NCBI GenBank assembly: GCA_016748015.1
Contig: JAAOMT010000236.1
Location: 104,874-122,588, forward strand
Direction: 5' to 3'
DNA from: Geosiphon pyriformis uo1
Lineage: Eukaryota; Fungi; Glomeromycota
DNA length: 17,715 nt
Below, piece by piece: positions 10,062-17,715 of this stretch. The notes below the pieces were generated by a model. The model worked only from the letters and a program-made list of their open reading frames with translations, made no database searches and was not told the origin of the DNA. A program made the position numbers and the translations under genes. Each line of letters starts with the position of its first letter. Within the stretch, counting starts at the first letter, position 1.

Positions 10062-13000
10062 CTATGCAGCTATATAAACAGAAACTAAATTACCAATGCT
10101 GGAGAAAAACATACAAGACTTGCAAAAACCAAAATACACACCAAAAGCTTTATCAATACCAAGCAAATCAATCACACCAGCGAAAAGACACGAAGTCAAA
10201 CCAGAGACCAAAGTAGGAAACGAGTCATCTAAAGGAATCAGACTGTGCTTTTCCATATAGGCATGATGTTTGGCATGAACCAACCATATCTTATCTCTAA
10301 AAGCGAAGCCAAGAGAATGTGCGAAATTAATGACCTTCAAACATGCCACCTTGAAACTATGAAAAATGGAGACAGCCTCACAAAACCAATTATCAAAAAC
10401 AAAACCCTTATGAAGAGCCATGAACACTGAGGAACCTGAAACACAAGATGACAACAACTGCAACAAACATGAAAAAAAGACAGAAGAACCAGAAAGTGTT
10501 TTCCAAGTGTTCATGTGAGAATCCAACAACCGACACCAAGCAGAATCATCGACCTCACAAGAAAAAACATGATTCAATACCTCCATGTTACCACAATATA
10601 GACACAACACACTGAGATAAAGTCTATTATAAAGCTGTTTTCAAACAGCCACAGGCAACTGATGATGCAAAGCCTTCATAAAATAAGAGTGCGCATTAGC
10701 TGAAATCCTGCTAGTGAAACTGGTGGCCATATGCAAATCAGGATGCCATACCAAAGAAGAGTGAGACCAATCAACATTAGCCCACAAATTGTCAGGCAAA
10801 AACTTAGAACCAGACCCCACTTCCCAACGTGTACGACACATGGCATGAAAAGTATTACAGACAAAGTGCCTTGAATTGCCAGAGACAACGTTGCCATTAG
10901 CCATCAAAAAGTGTTTATTCAGGCGAGAAGGAAGAAACCAGTCAGAAACAGAATCAGCACTGGCAATCACATCAGTATGCTCGTTTCCCAAAACCCCAGA
11001 ATGACCTTTGACTTTGTGCCAAGCAACATTTAGGACCTTACTGAAAATGACATTGGCAATGTGCTGACACTCAATCCAATATCGATTCCAAAAATCAGGA
11101 GCCACCATACCCAATTCCAATTTGCAAGCATTCAAAGCAGACTGACTATCTGAAAACAAATGGACATTACTAAAAACAGGAACATATTCGAGAGCCAACG
11201 CAATTGCCTGTAACTCAGCCATGGTAGATAACATTAAGCCAGACACACCAACACCCAAACTTATACCAATGTTCTCGAAAAAAGCCACAGCACCCGCTTT
11301 ACAGCCAACTGTACCCAAATTTCTTAATAACCCATTAGTATAGACAGACAACACCTTTGCATTAATCCACAAAAGACAATCACAGATAGACACAAAACCA
11401 GAAGAACCCAAAATGTCCAAAGAACTCATATTAGCAAAAACTGAGATGCGTGCAAGAGAGAAGTCCTTACCAGCAAAAAACATAGCAGAAAGTTTGAACC
11501 ACTCGGGAATAGGGCCATGGGGGTCTAGTTTCTTCCATTACTTAAATGTGGACCAATCAAAGACTGTACCATGATGATCACAAATTTGGTCTACAAAGGC
11601 CACATCATACCGCTGAAGTGAAGGGAGGCACCTGGAGAAAACTGATTCATCCAAAACAGTTGACATGGGCATCCTACTATTGACATAAAAGGAATTGGTG
11701 AAGAATCCACCCAGAGACAATTTGCAATTATAAAGCACGTGAACCACACCTGCCAAAAAATTATTAGAGGCACTAACACGAATGCAAACAGGAGAATTCA
11801 ATAGATGAATAGGGCGCCAACACAAAACCTGCAGATCATAAGACCTATGAAAGAACAAACATCCCACAATCCCACCAGAGTTGGCAAAATTAATAAGAGA
11901 AGCAACCTTGCCTTCAAACTGAATCTGCAGAAAAAATTTCAAACCATAAAAGAAGGGGTGGTGAATCGAATCACTAGGAAAGTTGAGTGGAAGTCCAGAT
12001 TTGAGCTTTAGGTCCTTATAAATCATAGCATCCCACTTGTTGCAAATGCTGATAGGAACAAAGCTAAATTGTGTTCTGTAGCTAATAATAGACTGGAGAA
12101 CCACTGAAACCAAATATAAGAACTGCTTATCTGAGATAGCTTTTTTTAGAACCAAATTTGTAAAAAAACGAACATCCGAATGTGCTTTAGCTAAACTAGG
12201 TCTGGAAAGACCCTCAGTCAACAAAAATATGCCCAGATACTGATGGGATTCACCTTTTTTGGCAACAGAGATAGGTGAACCACTAATGAAAAGAGCAGTA
12301 TTACCAACCCTACAATTGATGGGAATAGCTACAGTCTTGTTATTCTTTATTGAAATGTCATTAATCTGGAAAAACTCGCTAGTAACATCCAAAATGTGTT
12401 GAGTAGTGCTCTGACTACTGCCAACCCAAATTGTATTATCAACAAAGACGCCAGCGGCAAAACAGGAAGAAAGCCCAGCCTGCAACTTGACACGACCACT
12501 CTTGGAAACGAAATGAAAAATTAGCCTGTATTCACACATACTCTCCTGATGCTTGACTTCGCACAAAAGGGGATCATAAAAAATGTGCCACAGAAGAGAA
12601 AAAAAGACCTCTCCTTGATCTAAATTATCATGGACCCAATAACCATCTGTCAAACCAAAATCTGTCATGACTCGATTAGTGCAACCTTTGTAAATGCTGC
12701 CAAAAAACCGAATGAACCTGTTGCACATTTTAATTCTGACCAGACACTTCTCCAAATGCTCTCAGCCAACTGAATCATATGCTTTCCTTATATCCTGCAA
12801 GACCAGCCAAAGTTCTCGGTTCTTTTCCAGGGCATTTTCAACAACCAAACCAACTGCAAAAATGGGAGACTGTGTCATCATACCTTTCAAAACTGAAAAA
12901 TTGTCACCATAAAGAACATTATGAGTGCTGCATGCTAAAAAAATCCTGTCTGAGAGTATTTTGAAGAGAATCTTGCGAGCCATCTCAATTAGTGCAATAG

Positions 13001-14750
13001 GGCAAGTATTTGTAAAAACACCCTCCCATTCATATGGTTTGGGAATCATTGAAACCCAAGCTTCTCTTCAGGGGCCAGGGACAGATTCCTCAGATAAGCA
13101 AGAGTTCAAAAGCACCAAGAGTATATTAAGGACTGAAATATTACAATGTTTCCAAAGCTCATTTGAGATACCTAAAAGGCCAGCAGCTTTGCTATCCGGC
13201 AGGTTGGAGACAACCCCAAACAGTTCATCAAAGTCGATCAAACCCATTACATCAGAAAAAGCTTCATCAAAAACATAACCTAGAGAACAATACTGGCAAG
13301 ACCACTCATCATTAATGTCGAGCACCATCCTTCGCTTTCTAGTCCAATCTTCCATAATCTCATCCACCTTGGACTTCACTAGAGCAGAATCTAACACCAG
13401 CTTATTTCCTACCACCAAATGATCCAAAACCACCTTGCAGAAGAGTCGCTCCAAAACACTACATACAGTATGACCTTTGTTCAACTCAAAACTCTCTATT
13501 CTTTTGTCAATTGCCAACTTGATTTGAGATTCTTTGGCACGGTTTGATTCTGACAACTTAGATGAACGGTAGGATTTCCTGATCTTGGCCAAAACTGAAT
13601 AAATAGTATCAAAATGGGAACCCAAAAGAAAGAAAGAATCCACAATAGAAGCATTAACAAGATTAATTCCTTTCCATGTATCAAGTAGAGAAGCAAACTC
13701 CCCATGAAAGACCAGACAAGAGGCTTTGACAATCTTTGACACCAAAAGTTTTAATTTGTGAAATCTGGATAATACTTTATTATAGACACTATCAAAATCT
13801 TTAAACCACTTTTTTTTGAAAACGTTCTCAGCCAACAAACACACCACTTGGCAAAGGTAACCCCACATTGTGTCCAGGTCCAGACTCATCTTGGCAGCAT
13901 AAAATTCATCATGGAACATGGCAGCATTCACCAACGTATCCTCTTTAAACTTGATCTATTCAGCATCACCAGCATCCACAAAATTGTACTTCTAATGATC
14001 CTTATTCACTTGTTTGCGCAACGTGTTCAACTGCGCATCCAGCAAACCACCAAGACCCATGGAAACAGAAACAGCTTTATGATCAGTATCAAAATACTCT
14101 TCAACACCAGACACATCATAATCCAGAATTGCATTAACTAAACTTGATGACACAAACACATAATCAATAATTTTAGCCACTTCATGAGAATTGGTCCACG
14201 TAGCTTCCTTTCTAAACAAGCTTCTACTCAAGGAGTTGACCAAACTCAAATCAAAACATTTTCTGAAGCTGGCACTTTTGCAAGAACTATTTTCATTAAA
14301 ATCCTCACCCAAGATGACGAAGGAAGACTTATTTACTGTCCTCACAATCAAAGAATTGATATCATCCACCTGAAAGAAACGTACTGCCAAAAATGATCTA
14401 GCATACAGCCCCAAAACTGTCACAGACAGTTTATTTTTGAAGAAAAGCTTGATAGAAAGAAACCAGCCAGGAATGTCCGAAACCTTATACACACACTGAG
14501 CCAAGAAATCGTTCATAATGATTACAACCCCAGAACCCATGTAACCAGAATTCAAACCAGAAGTAAAAACCCGAACGCCAGCAAACTTGTTCATGATCCA
14601 AGGGCAAATCCTATCTTTCAACTTAGTCTCAGTAACAATTGAAATCATATTGTTCATTTCTTTATGCCAACAAATAATATTCTCCTGTTTTGCAGGATTG
14701 TTCATTCTCCTAATATTGCATGTGGTAATTTTCCAAATATAATTGGTTAT
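10062..14750 (-). pseudogene. LINE ORF2 polyprotein (AP endonuclease - reverse transcriptase - RNase H - C-terminal CCHC), ~1560 codons in one frame with 6 premature stops
   Basis: ORF-track pieces starting at 14789, 13934, 13049, 12755, 11483 and 10610 share one frame. APE: TCNIRRM, TETKL, GEDFN, TWTNS, IDYVF, TDH. RT: PIALIE, QDIRKAYDSV, QGEV, FVDN (12435..12446), YLGI. RNase H (~10960..11345): VYTNG, AELQAI, FSDSQSAL, HKVKGHSGVLGNEHTD. Zn finger CLYC-x7-H-x3-C (10557..10604). Stops at 13992, 13956, 13068, 12762, 11538 and 10641. Confidence 0.95.
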
Positions 14751-16468
14751 TGAGATGAGGAGAGGACCAGAGGACCCAAACCAGCACACATCTGCTCTAA
14801 CTTTGCCAAAATCAAGCCAATGGAGGCATCGAGGGCAGCCAACTTTGACTCTAAAACGCCAATTTTAAAAGTTAGCACCTTGGAACTGCTCAGACCCAAT
14901 TGAGAATTGTCATTGCCAGAAGAGAAAGAAATAGGCTGAATTAAAGGAACATCTAACACCATGTTGGAACCCAAGTCAGAGTCATTAATCATAAGAGAAT
15001 CAGAGACGAATGGGTGAGGAGTACCCACAGAAGAAATCACACTAGAAGAAGAAGCTGAAGGCACCAAACTGAGATTGTCAAGACCAAGAAGAATGTTCAA
15101 AATTCGATTAGATAAAAGCTCTACAGAGTGTTTCAGACATGCCAAACGTGTACCCAAGGGGGAATCGACCATAGAAAGAGGGGGAGGGGTACCACCAGAA
15201 CTTGAAGCACCAAAAGACAGAGAACCAGAACCAGAGCCATCACAAGAACCATGAGAGACTGAAGCAACTGAGACCACTTGGGCCCAGGATTTGCCTCCAA
15301 AAGCAACAGGACGAGAGATCAGAACCTTCTTTTTAGCATATAATTTGGCCAGCTGGAGATGAATATCCAAGTTAGCAGGCTTTTTAAACGACTTGGGTGA
15401 TTGAAAAGCTGATACAACCTCAGCATCACATTCCAAGGCAGAATAACCAAATTTCCCATACTGTTTACAGCGAACTAAATCCAACCTAGCCCATGAGAGT
15501 TTCACACTACCAAAAATTGGCTTCATGTGAAAAGCTGACTCCATAGCTTCATTAGATTCAAAACAGACTACAACACAGTGAGTTCTATTACCAGTCTCCA
15601 ATGAACAATTGATGACACAAGTTTTCCCAATTAAGAAAGACCATTTTGAAGCCAATTGCTTTGCCTGTCTTGGTTTGGCGAATTCCACCACAGCTTTCTG
15701 CCACATGCCAATCAGCTGAATTTTGATTGATTTAATTTCCCCAAATTCAGACACTGCGGCAATGATCATATCCTTTGGCGTGTCCATGGGAATTTCTTTG
15801 ATCACCACAGCCCGATTTGACCTAATTCCTTGTCTCTTAAGATTGCTGTTTACTATGATGTTATTTTCCCTGGCCAATGAGACAGCTTTTTCCATGCTTG
15901 CTTCAAAGGTAAAGGTAAATCTGATGATCCCTTCAAATTTTGAGGGGGTAGTGACCCCCCCAAAACCATTGATTTTTGAAAATAATTTTCTTATGGCATA
16001 AGTTTTGGCCGTTGCTGATTTCCCTTCCACAGCCAAAAGATTGATGTCCAAAGCAAAAGATTTTTTTACAGCCACTTCCACCTGAGTTTTAATGATTTTG
16101 GGATCAATCCACATCTTATCCAAAGAAAAAGACTTACAGAGGAGAAAAGAAACCTCCTTTTCCTCCTCTATATTGAAATTAATAGAGCTAAGGGGGGAGC
16201 CAACAATCACACCATTATTGAAACGCTTGGCTTGGGGTGTATTCATCTTGGAATTGGATACTCCTTCACCTTCGGAAGCCTCCCCATTAGTATTCATGCT
16301 ATTAAACTGCCCGACCACTTGACCAGATCCACTACCTTTGAGAGCCACACCATTACTTGATAGCTTAGCACCACCAGGAGGTTTCTTGATCTTATGACTT
16401 GAACCACTACTAACTGAACCAAAAGTTGGAACTCTGGACAACCTTTTTTTAGCACCAGTACCACTCAT
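14747..16468 (-). CDS. LINE ORF1 (gag-like nucleic-acid chaperone), 573 aa, open but with a damaged zinc knuckle
   Basis: First ATG inside the element (MSGTGAKKR). Ser/Gly-rich N-terminus; RRM-like segment AVVIKEIPMDTPKDMIIAAVSEFGEIKSIKIQLIGMWQKAVVEF; knuckle-spaced CKQYGKFGYSALEC (C-x2-Y-x4-Y-x4-C, 15428..15469); coiled-coil-like C-terminus (KIGVLESKLAALDASIGLILAKLEQM); lies directly upstream of ORF2. Confidence 0.85.
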   Translation of the reverse strand: MSGTGAKKRLSRVPTFGSVSSGSSHKIKKPPGGAKLSSNGVALKGSGSGQVVGQFNSMNTNGEASEGEGVSNSKMNTPQAKRFNNGVIVGSPLSSINFNIEEEKEVSFLLCKSFSLDKMWIDPKIIKTQVEVAVKKSFALDINLLAVEGKSATAKTYAIRKLFSKINGFGGVTTPSKFEGIIRFTFTFEASMEKAVSLARENNIIVNSNLKRQGIRSNRAVVIKEIPMDTPKDMIIAAVSEFGEIKSIKIQLIGMWQKAVVEFAKPRQAKQLASKWSFLIGKTCVINCSLETGNRTHCVVVCFESNEAMESAFHMKPIFGSVKLSWARLDLVRCKQYGKFGYSALECDAEVVSAFQSPKSFKKPANLDIHLQLAKLYAKKKVLISRPVAFGGKSWAQVVSVASVSHGSCDGSGSGSLSFGASSSGGTPPPLSMVDSPLGTRLACLKHSVELLSNRILNILLGLDNLSLVPSASSSSVISSVGTPHPFVSDSLMINDSDLGSNMVLDVPLIQPISFSSGNDNSQLGLSSSKVLTFKIGVLESKLAALDASIGLILAKLEQMCAGLGPLVLSSSQ

Positions 16469-16599
16469 GGGAGCAGCCAGATCAACAACAAAAGGATTTG
16501 TTTCTTGTAAAGTAATGGAAGACAGTATAAAATAGCAGAAAAAAACTTCTTTTGAAATACGCTTTTTGAGGATTTTAGGAGGTAAGAGAGAAAGAAGTT

Positions 16600-16610
16600 G
16601 GTCTAAATTT
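16600..16610. repeat. Target-site duplication, 5' side of the LINE (ggtctaaattt)
   Basis: Matches 9918..9928 at 10 of 11 positions and sits exactly where base composition switches. Confidence 0.8.
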
Positions 16611-16890
16611 AAAATAATTTTCTTAAACATAATTTTTATTTTTTTCTTTAGTTTATTTTTTTTATATTTTTAATTTATATTATTTAATAGCTTATAGTTA
16701 AAATTTTTTGTAAAAAAATTAATTTTTACAATAAAATAATTATACATTATTTAAAAATTTTACAAATAAGATTTTTTTATAAAAAATTTAGCTCTTTAAA
16801 GATTTATTAACTTTTATTAATAACAAAATTAACAGCAAAATAATATTAACAATATTAAAAAAAAGATAAAAAAATTTCTGATAATATTGG
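16600..16890 (+). repeat. Dispersed repeat, copy B, right half
   Basis: gtctaaatttaaaataattttcttaaacataatttttatt resumes copy A at atctgaatagaaaacgttttccttaacaaaattctatt (~6026..6063). Further blocks match ~6114..6173 and ~6355..6418. Confidence 0.78.
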
Positions 16891-16999
16891 TTTTTTTTTG
16901 TTTTAAAACAGTATCTTATTTCAAATATTTTAGTATTTACAACTCCAGCTAAACTACCAATTAGCTTTATAGTTACAAACAGTTTTGTATTAAAAAAAA

Positions 17000-17645
17000 T
17001 AATTAAATATAGAAACAGAAAAAAGAAAAAAAAATAATTATTTTTTCAAATTTTAATTAATAAGACAAAAAGTTTTTTTTTATATTTGTTAAATAATAAA
17101 AATAAAAATAATTATTTAATAATTTTATAAAAAATAAAAATATTAATTTAAAAATTATTAAAACTTAAATATATAAATATATTTAAAATAAAAAATTAAA
17201 TAAGTATTTAAATAAAAAATTATTAAATACTTAAATAAAATAAAAAAAATAGTTTTTTTAATTTATATAGCTTAATATAAGTTTAAATTATTGGTTATAT
17301 ACAAAAAATGTGTAAGTAATATTTTTGTTACATATTTTAAGTTTTAATTAAATTATATTTAATTAATACATTATTAAATTTGTTTTATTTATAAATTAAA
17401 TATATAAACTTTTATTTAATAAGTTTAAAATTAATATAAAGTTATATATATATTTACAAAATAATAAAAATATATTTAATTTTTTCCAATTTTAAAAGTT
17501 ACAATTATTTTTACTTTAAAATAATAAAACGAATTTTATTCAATATTAAAATATATAAAACAATAATAATGTTAATTTAACAAAACAAAAATAATTTAAT
17601 GAATATTGCACAATACAATAATTATTAAAGAAACAATTATATTAT
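17000..17645. other. Extremely AT-rich low-complexity tract, probably end-stage eroded repeat
   Basis: Very few G/C over ~650 bp and no readable frame; the origin is inferred from the neighbouring decay series. Confidence 0.45.
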
Positions 17646-17715
17646 ATAGGCATACGGCAGGGGGTAAAAACTCTGATTATCGTTTTAATTTAACAAAGGC
17701 GAGTTTGTTACCTAA

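Larger units (their letters stand above)
9926..16599 (-). mobile_element. Full-length LINE / non-LTR retrotransposon (~6.67 kb; ORF1 + APE-RT-RNase H-CCHC ORF2), inactivated
   Basis: Sharp compositional island (roughly 40% GC against roughly 20% or less in the flanks, by eye). It has a ~130-nt 5' UTR, two ORFs, a ~120-nt 3' UTR, a poly(A) tail and a flanking TSD; the two flanks rejoin into a copy of repeat A. Confidence 0.96.

Noticed and set aside
10062-14750. Alternative genetic code or stop read-through to explain the in-frame stops
   Set aside because: All three stop types occur, at both Trp and Gln/Arg positions, along with Asp->Asn loss of catalytic residues; mutation explains this better than recoding.
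10245-16322. Small + strand and alternative-frame ORFs inside the LINE
   Set aside because: Shadows of ORF1/ORF2 with no motifs; expected given the strand skew.
16469-16630. ORF-track N-terminal extension of ORF1 (627 aa from 16630)
   Set aside because: The ATG at 16630 lies outside the element, beyond the TSD; the 5' UTR is merely open in that frame.
17201-17233. 11-bp hairpin taagtatttaa / ttaaatactta
   Set aside because: Expected by chance in DNA this AT-rich.

Overview
Eukaryotic, transposon-only window with no host gene; the peptide style resembles Glomeromycotina/Geosiphon-type fungal repeats, an inference from recall that I could not check. (1) 1..~2805 (+): heavily AT-eroded ORF2 relic (linker, RT, RNase H) of a LINE-type non-LTR retrotransposon. 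(2) 3099..5090 (-): eroded IS630/Tc1/mariner-type DDE transposase. (3) ~5450..9750: eroded, probably LTR-type repeat material with a stop-poor relic frame of unknown function, a ~307-bp LTR-like unit and a 12-bp tandem array. (4) 9926..16599 (-): a full-length, much younger LINE related to (1). It has ORF1 (RRM-like plus decayed CCHC), ORF2 (APE-RT-RNase H-CCHC, six in-frame stops, no frameshift), a poly(A) tail and an 11-bp TSD. It inserted into a second copy of the 5728..6419 repeat. The main signal is pervasive C->T/G->A hypermutation of every repeat class, at several stages and not limited to CpG, which looks like a RIP-like genome-defence process.
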